Source: a virus
Taxonomy: Duplodnaviria > Caudoviricetes
Direction: 5' to 3' (one strand)
DNA length: 42,280 nucleotides
IMG/VR virus record: IMGVR_UViG_3300033067_000119
Span: 1-42,280 of that record
Shown: positions 35,511 through 42,280 of the stretch, one piece after another
How positions within the stretch are numbered: the first letter of the stretch is position 1
Layout: each line of letters opens with the position of its first letter
Notes under the pieces: model-generated
What the model was told of the DNA's origin: nothing
The model's input: only the letters and a program-made list of their open reading frames with translations
Database searches by the model: none
Position numbers and translations under genes: made by a program

Positions 35511-35955
35511 TATGTTTCTCCTTCAGCCACGCATCAGGTATCTCCTTGTCTGCGTACTTGAAGTTGTGCTTCTCACACCAATGCGCGTAAGTTGTACTAC
35601 TACGCTTTGAAATTTTGGTACGTGAGTTGCTGAATACAAATCGTATGTCGTACTCAGGATGTTGCTTCTGAACGAGCAAATGCTTTTGGCGATCCTCAGT
35701 GAGGAACCTACCTTTGCTCTCGATGATAATGCCGTTAGCCAGTACAAAGTCAGGAGTGTACTTCGCGGGTTTCTCTGGTTTCACATAGGGGATAACCAGT
35801 TCCTCAAAGGAGAACCCCACACCCTTGGATGTGAGGTCCTCTGCGATGCGTTCCTCCAGACCAGATCGGAACCCGTATTTGAGTCCGACCTGTGCTGTGC
35901 TCAACGGTTTCTTAGAAGTCCTTGTTGTCGGACTCTTCTTCGTTGGTGAAACCAT
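35494..35955 (-). CDS. endonuclease I / Holliday junction resolvase (gp3-like)
   Basis: FRSGLE, YTPDF and IESKGRF motifs. Start uncertain. Confidence 0.93.
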   Translation of the reverse strand: MVSPTKKSPTTRTSKKPLSTAQVGLKYGFRSGLEERIAEDLTSKGVGFSFEELVIPYVKPEKPAKYTPDFVLANGIIIESKGRFLTEDRQKHLLVQKQHPEYDIRFVFSNSRTKISKRSSTTYAHWCEKHNFKYADKEIPDAWLKEKHNGLQS

Positions 35956-36529
35956 TTTCTTCAGCGGGGGTATCTTCCGCCTCGTAACCCTCTTCTTCAC
36001 CGAAGCCATAGGCATCGGCACTTGCGCCACCACTGAACTCAACCAGGTCGATCACCTGGACAGCCTTCAGTCGGAGAGACACACCAGCACCAGCGATGGC
36101 GGTGTAGTAGGGGATCAGCTCGTAGGCGACCTTCACCTTGGAGCCGCCGCCGATCTTCGCATCCTGCAGGGGCTTGCCCTTGGCGTCGAAGATGGCTGGG
36201 CGCTGTTCGAAAGGATCACCCTGCTTGGGGGTTACCTTGGCCTTCAGCTTGAAGCGGAAGGTCACAGAGCCGGTCTCGTCGTTCACCTGGTAGGGTGGTT
36301 CACCTTCCTTGATGCGCTTGCCAGGGTTCTCCTTCTTGGCCTTGGCCAATGAAGCCTCAAACTGTTCATCCAAAAAGGTGACGAGAGGAGCAGATGCGCT
36401 GGGGTCTTTGACCTCCAGAGAGATCTTGTACTCGCCATCAGGATTGAACTTGGTGTCGGGCTTGGTGAGATAGGGATACTGAGCAATGCCTGCAGGCGTT
36501 GTGTATCGGGGGTTCTTTGCTTTAGTCAT
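35912..36529 (-). CDS. single-stranded DNA-binding protein (gp2.5-like)
   Basis: PDTKF, IGGGS, LKAVQVIDLVE and an acidic tail ending in F. Confidence 0.93.
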   Translation of the reverse strand: MTKAKNPRYTTPAGIAQYPYLTKPDTKFNPDGEYKISLEVKDPSASAPLVTFLDEQFEASLAKAKKENPGKRIKEGEPPYQVNDETGSVTFRFKLKAKVTPKQGDPFEQRPAIFDAKGKPLQDAKIGGGSKVKVAYELIPYYTAIAGAGVSLRLKAVQVIDLVEFSGGASADAYGFGEEEGYEAEDTPAEENGFTNEEESDNKDF

Positions 36530-36536
36530 AAAGTCC

Positions 36537-36647
36537 TTACTTCAAATAGCCTTCGTAGGCTTCTTTCATTTCACGAATGATCTGGTTGCGCTCTGCAATA
36601 GAGTTGGCGGTGCGGAATGTTCCGTCAGGGAAAACAATGCGGTACAT
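36537..36647 (-). CDS. 36-aa hypothetical protein
   Basis: AAGGAG RBS; MYRIVFPDGTFRTANSIAERNQIIREMKEAYEGYLK; TGATG coupling. Confidence 0.6.
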   Translation of the reverse strand: MYRIVFPDGTFRTANSIAERNQIIREMKEAYEGYLK

Positions 36648-36862
36648 CAAAAGGCTCCTTCAGATTTTTCAGTAGCGAGAATAAATGCTTCAATGTCAGC
36701 GCCGACCTCTTCAACGTCGAGGCGGTATCCCATGCCGTGCAAGAGGCAGGAGAACTGGTAGGCAATCGCATTCCAGGAACAATCGTCGTCGTAATCCTGG
36801 GTCACAGTCACAATGCCGCCGTTTGAATCACGGCAAGCCATGGCAATCGTCTTGGTAGACAT
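36647..36862 (-). CDS. small acidic hypothetical protein
   Basis: AAGGA RBS before MSTKT, directly after a phage promoter. Confidence 0.7.
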   Translation of the reverse strand: MSTKTIAMACRDSNGGIVTVTQDYDDDCSWNAIAYQFSCLLHGMGYRLDVEEVGADIEAFILATEKSEGAF

Positions 36863-36888
36863 AGGGGTTCCTTTGAAAGTTTGGGTAT

Positions 36889-36906
36889 TCCAATTGTGCA
36901 ACCATT
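36889..36906 (-). promoter_or_regulatory. candidate phage RNAP promoter
   Basis: AATGGTTGCACAATTGGA directly after the RNAP gene. Confidence 0.7.
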
Positions 36907-36924
36907 GCCAACTGGTAAACGTTT
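36905..36924. promoter_or_regulatory. candidate repressor operator
   Basis: TTGCCA-AC-TGGTAA-ACGTTT overlapping the promoter's upstream edge. Confidence 0.55.
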
Positions 36925-39436
36925 AGGCGAAGCAATATCGGCTGTTGACCACCTCGGACAGGTCCAAGGAGCCACGGGCCGGTAAGGGTTGGAGCTTCTC
37001 TCGGTTCTTCTCAGAGAGCTGCTCATGGATCTCATCCCTGAAGGACTCGATCACATCGATCTCGCCGTACATCTCGGTGAAGCCCTCGCGCACCGTGTGG
37101 TAGAGCTGCTCGACATCCCCTGCCGTGGTCCCGAACGAGTCATGGATCATGGCGAAGTTGTCGATGCCTGCCTGCTTGGCACGGACCACAGTCAGCATCA
37201 TGTGGGCTGCATCGCAGGAGTGGACGAAGTTGGGAGCGATCCCAGAGGACTGCTTGCGGCGGTCCAGATTGTCCTTCTCCTGGTACATCGTGAGGTACAC
37301 CAGCTTCCCGTTGATCGCGGTCTTCACCTTGCGCTTCTCCAGATCGGCATAGGCCTGCATCACAGGGAAACCCACAGGGGTTGTCCAGCGGACAGGGAGT
37401 TCCTCAGAGGCAGCCAGAGAGGCAGCCCCTTGGAGCCAGCGCATGGCCTCACCAGCCTTGACCAGGACCTTGTTGACCGAAGTCCAGATAGCCTTGGCCA
37501 TGTACTGTGCACCCTGGTAGCCGTCACCCTGGAAGGGGAAGGGCTTACCCGACTGCTTGGCTGGGCGGATGATGTCCTCCATGAGCTGCTCCTTGAAGCC
37601 GTACTCCTTGGAGCCGTAGGCCAGCGTCATGACGGATCGCTTGGTCACCTTGCGGGTGATCCCGAAGTCCAGCCACTGCTGTGCCAGGGCTTTGGTCCCG
37701 TGCTTGACGTAGGCGACACCCTCTTCGGTGTGCTTCAGCTCATCATCGGTACCGTGGACCAGGTCGTGGTTGACTTGTTCAAGAACCTTGTTCGCCACGA
37801 GCTGGTAAACATCCTGCGGCAGATCTGCTGGAGCCAAGTTGACGGCACGTCCTCCAACCTCGTCACGTAGCATGGCAGAGAAGTGTTGGATGCCAGAGCA
37901 TGAACCGTCCATAGCCACGGGCAGCTTTGATACGAACGACTCACCATGCTCAGTAAACCCAGCCCACTCGAAGCAGAAGGCAAGGAACTGCCAAGGTTTG
38001 TCGATCTCGACACCCCCGACCGTACTACACCATCCTCGAAATCCGTAAGGATCTCGCGCAATTGCAATGATTTCATCTTCATTATCCTGTACCCAATTGA
38101 CACGGTCTTCAAAGCTGGCCTTGTCGTACCCAGCAACGTTGGCTCCGTGGATAGCCAACCATTTCCAACCCTCGCTGCCCAATGGCTTACCGTTGGCAAA
38201 ACGCAACAGAGCCTTCTGAAAGTCAGACCCCTGGGGATTCAAGTGGGGGACAGCGTAGATGCGACCACGGAAATCAAGCTGGTAGGGGAAGAAGATCTTG
38301 CGGAACTTCTCGTACCTACGGGCAATCCCCAGGGCCATGTTGAATCCGATCCTCTGACCCAAGATGGATAGGTTCTGGACGTGGATCTTGGCAGCCTCGA
38401 TGCGGTATTCCTTCTTGGCTTCCTCGTTGGTGTCGATGTCGTGTGGCTTGGCCGGTAGAGGCAGACCCTCACGAGGAGGCAGACCAGCGACCTCTGAACC
38501 CGTAGCCCAGAGCTGCTCCATCACATCGAACACCTGGCTGTTGATCTGCCAGGCGGTACGCTGGAGGGCGTTCACTGCCTCGTAGACGATGGGCATCTCG
38601 GTGTGCTTCAGCTCGTCCAGGTAGGCCTTGTTCTTCGACTTCACCAGGCGGATCGGCTTGATGTTGGAGGAGATGTACCCACCGTTGAAGGGCGTGGTCC
38701 AATCCTTGGGCTGCACCACCATGGGTTCGTAGACAGGACGGAGGAACTGAGTCACCTCGTTCTTCTTCTCGATCCACTCAAGGGTCTCAGGCAGGGCCTT
38801 CACGTACTTGATGGACTGGTCCTTATCGACCTTCTGGTGGGTCAGCTCGACCAGGCCCACAGACTGGATCGCGATGTCCAGCATCTTGATCCCCACATGG
38901 AGGCGGTCAGTGCGAACCCAACGCTTCCAACCATCACCCGTGCGGTCAGCCTGACGGACAGCGTAGATGTGGCGGTAGTGGCCTGAGGTGCGCTTCTTCG
39001 CCCCGATCAGGATCTTCTCGTACTGCTTGCGCTCCAGCTCACGGATGCCAGCGAACCGCAGCTCGTCCTCGATGGCCGTGCCGATAGCGACACCCACGAA
39101 CTGCAGGGTGCGGAGGCTGGAGATCCCCGACAGGATCGCCTTGAGGGTCAGGAAGGCCAGCATCTTGGATGGTACGTCCTTGACCTTGGGATAGGTCGTA
39201 GAGAACCGTCCTGCCCTTCCCTCGGACATCCCTACCTTCCACTCATCGATGGCCGTAGCGAGCGTCTCCAGGCGGTGAGCCAGGATCGTGGTCCCGTAGG
39301 CAGTGCTCTCTTCGCGACCTGAATGGATGGCCTTGGAGACATCACGGATGTACCGGTCTGCTCCTCGCTGTGTCATTCCCTCTTCGAGCTGGATTTGAAT
39401 GCTCATGAGGTCATCGTCTGGATTCATGTTGATCAT
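36923..39436 (-). CDS. single-subunit DNA-directed RNA polymerase (T7 gp1-like)
   Basis: DFRGRIY, DGSCSGIQH, RKVTKRSVMTLAYG, PNFVHSCDA and IHDSFGT motifs. Start reset to follow an AGGA RBS. Confidence 0.98.
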   Translation of the reverse strand: MINMNPDDDLMSIQIQLEEGMTQRGADRYIRDVSKAIHSGREESTAYGTTILAHRLETLATAIDEWKVGMSEGRAGRFSTTYPKVKDVPSKMLAFLTLKAILSGISSLRTLQFVGVAIGTAIEDELRFAGIRELERKQYEKILIGAKKRTSGHYRHIYAVRQADRTGDGWKRWVRTDRLHVGIKMLDIAIQSVGLVELTHQKVDKDQSIKYVKALPETLEWIEKKNEVTQFLRPVYEPMVVQPKDWTTPFNGGYISSNIKPIRLVKSKNKAYLDELKHTEMPIVYEAVNALQRTAWQINSQVFDVMEQLWATGSEVAGLPPREGLPLPAKPHDIDTNEEAKKEYRIEAAKIHVQNLSILGQRIGFNMALGIARRYEKFRKIFFPYQLDFRGRIYAVPHLNPQGSDFQKALLRFANGKPLGSEGWKWLAIHGANVAGYDKASFEDRVNWVQDNEDEIIAIARDPYGFRGWCSTVGGVEIDKPWQFLAFCFEWAGFTEHGESFVSKLPVAMDGSCSGIQHFSAMLRDEVGGRAVNLAPADLPQDVYQLVANKVLEQVNHDLVHGTDDELKHTEEGVAYVKHGTKALAQQWLDFGITRKVTKRSVMTLAYGSKEYGFKEQLMEDIIRPAKQSGKPFPFQGDGYQGAQYMAKAIWTSVNKVLVKAGEAMRWLQGAASLAASEELPVRWTTPVGFPVMQAYADLEKRKVKTAINGKLVYLTMYQEKDNLDRRKQSSGIAPNFVHSCDAAHMMLTVVRAKQAGIDNFAMIHDSFGTTAGDVEQLYHTVREGFTEMYGEIDVIESFRDEIHEQLSEKNREKLQPLPARGSLDLSEVVNSRYCFA

Positions 39437-39537
39437 GTTTAGGTTCCTGTTGTAGTGGTAACTATAGATAATATACCTTTGAGTAATTATCTTAGAGAAG
39501 ATAACTAGAGATAAATCTCTAGTCTCTCTTTCGTCTA

Positions 39538-39555
39538 TCCAATTGTGCAACCATT
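39538..39555 (-). promoter_or_regulatory. candidate phage RNAP promoter upstream of the RNAP gene
   Basis: AATGGTTGCACAATTGGA. Confidence 0.65.
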
Positions 39556-39668
39556 GGAGTTCCTCCTACGTTCTCATTGGTTGTCTACCGTCAAGTGATT
39601 GTCACCGTTTGTGACACATTAGTTGTCACACGAAGAGTCTAAAGGAAACCTTTGTCCTTAGGTAACAC

Positions 39669-39688
39669 TCTCCATTTGGTAACTGTTC
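39669..39688. promoter_or_regulatory. candidate repressor operator in the RNAP leader
   Basis: TCTCCA-TT-TGGTAA-CTGTTC, next to a weak minus-strand TTACCT-N18-TAGACT. Confidence 0.5.
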
Positions 39689-39694
39689 CGTTGA

Positions 39695-39729
39695 AACGAA
39701 AAGAACCCCCTGATTTCTCAGGAGGTTCT
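39695..39729 (-). terminator. intrinsic terminator downstream of the tRNA fragment
   Basis: AGAACCTCCTGA-GAAA-TCAGGGGGTTCT-TTTCGTTT. Confidence 0.8.
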
Positions 39730-39753
39730 AAGTCGAACTGAGCTGTTTGAATC

Positions 39754-39809
39754 TGGTGCGGTCGAGAGGACTCGAACCTCCACGGATTTCTCCACTAGCA
39801 CCTCAAGCT
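39754..39809 (-). other. 3' half of tRNA-Leu(GAG), the attP identity block (not a full tRNA)
   Basis: AGC-TTGAGGT-GCTAG anticodon arm, long variable arm, GGTTCGAGTCC T-arm and CGACCGCACCA end; no D-arm or 5' strand. Confidence 0.9.
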
Positions 39810-39903
39810 GGGTGATACAAGAGAAATCAACGACTTAGGTTGTCACAGATCCACGAAAATCAGCCTCAGTTGTCACAGCTCAATGGCCTGTGACAGGTGG
39901 TCT

Positions 39904-40941
39904 TTACCCGTTCACAACCATGAGTGTGGGCCTCACCGTTACTTGCTCCAGGGCCTGCTTACCGGCCTGAAGATTACTCGGTGCCAGGTGGGCATAACGC
40001 ATGGTCGTGGTGATGGAGGAGTGACCCATCCACACCTGAACCACTGCCAGGGGCACCCCGCGCTGGACCATACGTGATGCACAGGTGTGCCTCAGCATGT
40101 GCACACAGAACTGAGGGTCATCCTCCAGCCCCATGGCCGTCTTCAGGTCCCACCATTCACGCCTGAGGGTGTGGAAGGTGTAGTCGAAAGGACGGAGCTG
40201 GTTGCCCCTGCGGTGCAGGATCTCGGCCACCCTCTGGGTCACTGGGACAGCCCTGGCCTTGTCGCTCTTGGTCTGCCCAGCATGGAGATGGAGCATCCCA
40301 TTGGCGAAGTCAGACTTGTGCAGACCCAGTAGCTCCGACCTACGGAACCCTGTGTCCACAGCCACCACGATGAAGTCGTAGAGCTGGTGGAGATCGAGCT
40401 GCCGACACATGGCCAGTGCCCTGCTCTCTTCAATCTCGTCCATCCAGCGGATGCGGTGGCTACCAGGCTTCCTGCGGGGCAGCTTGGGCATGGCCTTGAT
40501 CCAGTCCTTCTCCATGGCTGTGGTCAGCATCTTGGAGAGGTGAGAGATCTTGTGGTTGACCGTCTGACCCTTGTTGCCCTCCTCCTCCCAGGCCTCGACT
40601 GCATCCAGTGCCATGTCGAAGGTGATCTCCGAGACCGGAGTATCTTCAGGGATCTGCTCGAAGACAGCCTTGCAGAAAATCTTGTGGGTATCCTGGCCCT
40701 TATCCTCTTTCCAATAGAGCCTCCAGGTGAGGTCGTGAGCCTCTTTGAGGGTATGGGTACCAGCAGGCAGCTTTGAGGGCCTTCCTGCGGGTTTTAGAGG
40801 GCTTCCTGTGGACTTCTGACGGGTCAGTGCCTCCAGCTCAGCGATCTCAGCTTCATTCTTGGTCTTGAAGCTCTCACGGAACCGGTGTGCACCGCTGCCC
40901 ACAGACACCATGTAAGCCCCACCACGTTCATAGATTGGCAT
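39904..40941 (-). CDS. int: tyrosine integrase
   Basis: TGFRRSEL, KS, HMLRHT and MGH...TMRYAH catalytic motifs. Confidence 0.95.
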   Translation of the reverse strand: MPIYERGGAYMVSVGSGAHRFRESFKTKNEAEIAELEALTRQKSTGSPLKPAGRPSKLPAGTHTLKEAHDLTWRLYWKEDKGQDTHKIFCKAVFEQIPEDTPVSEITFDMALDAVEAWEEEGNKGQTVNHKISHLSKMLTTAMEKDWIKAMPKLPRRKPGSHRIRWMDEIEESRALAMCRQLDLHQLYDFIVVAVDTGFRRSELLGLHKSDFANGMLHLHAGQTKSDKARAVPVTQRVAEILHRRGNQLRPFDYTFHTLRREWWDLKTAMGLEDDPQFCVHMLRHTCASRMVQRGVPLAVVQVWMGHSSITTTMRYAHLAPSNLQAGKQALEQVTVRPTLMVVNG

Positions 40942-40942
40942 G

Positions 40943-41263
40943 TCAGTTATCTCCCAAAATCTTGTTGATGGCGATCCTGCCCTTCTTGGTGAGCCGGATT
41001 ATCTTTTTACGTCTCTCCATCGGGTCCTCAAAAGACTCGATGAGGAGTAGTCCTGTCTCCTTCTTCCTGTTGATCTTACCGAGTGCACCAATATGTCGAC
41101 TAGCAGTGGCCAACCCTATACCTGCTCTTTTAGCGATTTCGGAGAGGGACAGACCCTCTTCTTCTTCAGCCACAACAAACAGGCACTTTGCCTGCCCCAA
41201 TGGCATCTCTGAGTCTATCGCAGAGATACCAGTGAGGAACCGTATAGCGTCTCTAGGGGTCAT
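40943..41263 (-). CDS. MarR-like winged-HTH regulator (putative repressor)
   Basis: LSLSEIAKRAGIGLATASRHI and EDPMERRKKIIRLTKKG. Start reset to MTPRD after AAGAGG. Confidence 0.85.
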   Translation of the reverse strand: MTPRDAIRFLTGISAIDSEMPLGQAKCLFVVAEEEEGLSLSEIAKRAGIGLATASRHIGALGKINRKKETGLLLIESFEDPMERRKKIIRLTKKGRIAINKILGDN

Positions 41264-41303
41264 TGAGCTTGACTTCCTCTTATGCGTCTTAGTGACGCTG
41301 AGG

Positions 41304-41332
41304 AGAATCTCACACCACACGAGTCCGGTCAA
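41304..41332 (-). promoter_or_regulatory. candidate sigma70 promoter for the regulator-integrase operon
   Basis: TTGACC-N17-GATTCT with a TG-N extension. Confidence 0.45.
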
Positions 41333-41352
41333 CAACAGTTTCCACTTGGCAA
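41333..41352. promoter_or_regulatory. candidate repressor operator
   Basis: Minus strand TTGCCA-AG-TGGAAA-CTGTTG, abutting the -35 above. Confidence 0.55.
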
Positions 41353-41387
41353 GTGTCTGGCCAAAAGTAGTGCACCAGATGGTTACC

Positions 41388-41407
41388 TTCCACCTTGACA
41401 ACTGTTG
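41388..41407. promoter_or_regulatory. candidate operator covering a plus-strand TTGACA
   Basis: TTCCAC-CT-TGACAA-CTGTTG; TTGACA at 41395-41400. Confidence 0.5.
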
Positions 41408-41459
41408 CCTGAATCCGTCAATTCCAAGCGACACTTTTCACAGCGAAGGGATATGGAAT

Positions 41460-41705
41460 ATGCGTTTGTCGAATGATGTTCTTGAGTCAGTCAAGAAAGG
41501 AGGAGTCGAGGTGTTCTTTGCAGATCGACATACCACAAAGGTCTGGAACAGCCTGCGGTTGCAGGGTGAACCTCTGAGGTATGGCGGCTGGTACTGGATG
41601 CGGCGACACAAGGGCAGGATCGTTCAGGCAGACGAAGACGGACCATTCAGGACCGAGTCCGCTGCCATCAGGGATGCCTTTGTGAAGCTCCAGCTCAGGG
41701 CGTAG
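41460..41705 (+). CDS. 81-aa hypothetical protein, the only plausible plus-strand gene
   Basis: MRLSNDVLESVKKGG...GGWYW...GPFRTESAAIRDAF fills a gap with no minus-strand gene; divergent from the regulator. Confidence 0.65.
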   Translation: MRLSNDVLESVKKGGVEVFFADRHTTKVWNSLRLQGEPLRYGGWYWMRRHKGRIVQADEDGPFRTESAAIRDAFVKLQLRA

Positions 41706-41898
41706 AGGAGGGTTCCCCCGCCTCCTTGACGATCCGCAGTAAGCCCTTCTCCTCCAGCTCTTTCACCATGTTGATGAAGTTGGCCTGGACGTGCATGGCG
41801 ATTGAATCAGCAGGTAGGTCCTGGCAGCCATTGCCCTGCCATACGAACTTGGTTTTGAGGCCCTGTGGGGTGTCCTCTAAAAAGAATGCGGTTCTCAT
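41695..41898 (-). CDS. hypothetical early protein
   Basis: GGAGG RBS and ATGA coupling. Confidence 0.7.
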   Translation of the reverse strand: MRTAFFLEDTPQGLKTKFVWQGNGCQDLPADSIAMHVQANFINMVKELEEKGLLRIVKEAGEPSSTP

Positions 41899-42119
41899 GT
41901 GTTTCCTCCAATGTGTAGGGTTACGTTTCCGTCAGGATCTCTGAACGTGATGCTCCCATCAGCATGCCACCGCTGTCTCTCAACACCCTCGGTGTAGACA
42001 AGATGGTCCTTTTTCTCTGCGGGTTGCTTCTTGCCGAAAGTTTCCTCCCAGCGGCGGTTGAACTCGTCCCGTGGGACTTCTACAGGGCGTGGCGCTGAGC
42101 CTTTTCCACCGTCACTCAT
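41895..42119 (-). CDS. hypothetical protein with N-terminal GGKGSxPRP...W..FGKK motif
   Basis: GGAGG RBS and ATGA coupling. Confidence 0.7.
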   Translation of the reverse strand: MSDGGKGSAPRPVEVPRDEFNRRWEETFGKKQPAEKKDHLVYTEGVERQRWHADGSITFRDPDGNVTLHIGGNT

Positions 42120-42247
42120 TCTTTTTCCTCCGTGTCTCGTGTGGCCTCAACAACTTGGTGCAACCATACGAGAAACTCACGCAACGGCCAGTGACCTGTC
42201 TTGACCCACTCATATGCTTGTTTTGCGGATACCAGCTCTTGTGTCAT
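42116..42247 (-). CDS. 43-aa hypothetical protein
   Basis: GGAG RBS; MTQELVSAKQAYEWVKTGHWPLREFLVWLHQVV...; ATGA coupling at both ends. Confidence 0.6.
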   Translation of the reverse strand: MTQELVSAKQAYEWVKTGHWPLREFLVWLHQVVEATRDTEEKE

Positions 42248-42280
42248 TTCGTACTCCAAATAACTAAACCAAACAAATAG

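Larger units (their letters stand above)
39599..39896. mobile_element. attP region: tRNA core flanked by arm-type repeats and an IHF site
   Basis: TGTCAC/GTGACA repeats at 39599, 39610, 39622, 39839, 39869 and 39887; IHF consensus at 39825-39837; adjacent to the integrase. Confidence 0.8.

Noticed and set aside
39754-39809. Functional phage tRNA-Leu gene
   Set aside because: Only the anticodon-to-CCA half is present and there is no D-arm or 5' acceptor strand. Context indicates attP.
41371-41387. NtrC site in the repressor control region (TGCACCAGATGGTTACC)
   Set aside because: Only one good half-site with wrong spacing and no sigma54 promoter nearby. Worth rechecking if the terminal NtrC sites are confirmed.
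41333-41407. LexA/SOS boxes suggested by CTGT words
   Set aside because: No CTGT-N8-ACAG seen here or at the other operator copies.
40887-41459. N-terminal part of the 272-aa plus-strand ORF, and the 41434 start of the MarR ORF
   Set aside because: They overlap the MarR gene or the divergent control region. Better starts lie at 41460 (+) and 41263 (-).
42151-42168. Additional phage promoter copy (GTGCAACCAT)
   Set aside because: Partial match lacking AATTGGA, and it lies inside a small CDS.

Overview
The window appears to be a complete, circularly permuted genome of a T7-like podophage (Autographiviridae type): a membrane-protein ORF reads in frame across the 1/42280 junction. Almost all genes are on the minus strand. 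In transcription order they are: a non-coding terminal region (~3400-4430), small early genes, a MarR-like regulator, a tyrosine integrase, an attP carrying the 3' half of tRNA-Leu(GAG), RNA polymerase, SSB, endonuclease, amidase, primase-helicase, an Acb2/Tad1-like protein, DNA polymerase A, ThyX, exonuclease, MazG, class II RNR, portal, scaffold, capsid, tail, ejection proteins, fibres and terminases. It is therefore probably temperate. The non-coding DNA holds the most interesting signals. (i) A six-copy operator-like motif, TTGCCA-NN-TGG(C/T)AA-CTGTT, lies at the regulator, the RNAP leader, an early promoter and two phage promoters. (ii) A six-copy candidate phage-RNAP promoter, ATGGTTGC(A/C)CAATTGGA. 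(iii) At the probable leading end there is a sigma54-type -24/-12 promoter with three NtrC-like enhancer sites, next to DnaA boxes, paired palindromes and a copy of the attP IHF/arm-type sequences; together these suggest host nutrient or replication-state sensing. (iv) A tRNA-shaped ~124-nt RNA with kissing-loop potential lies upstream of the DNA polymerase gene. All calls were made by eye from motifs and synteny; no database searches were run.
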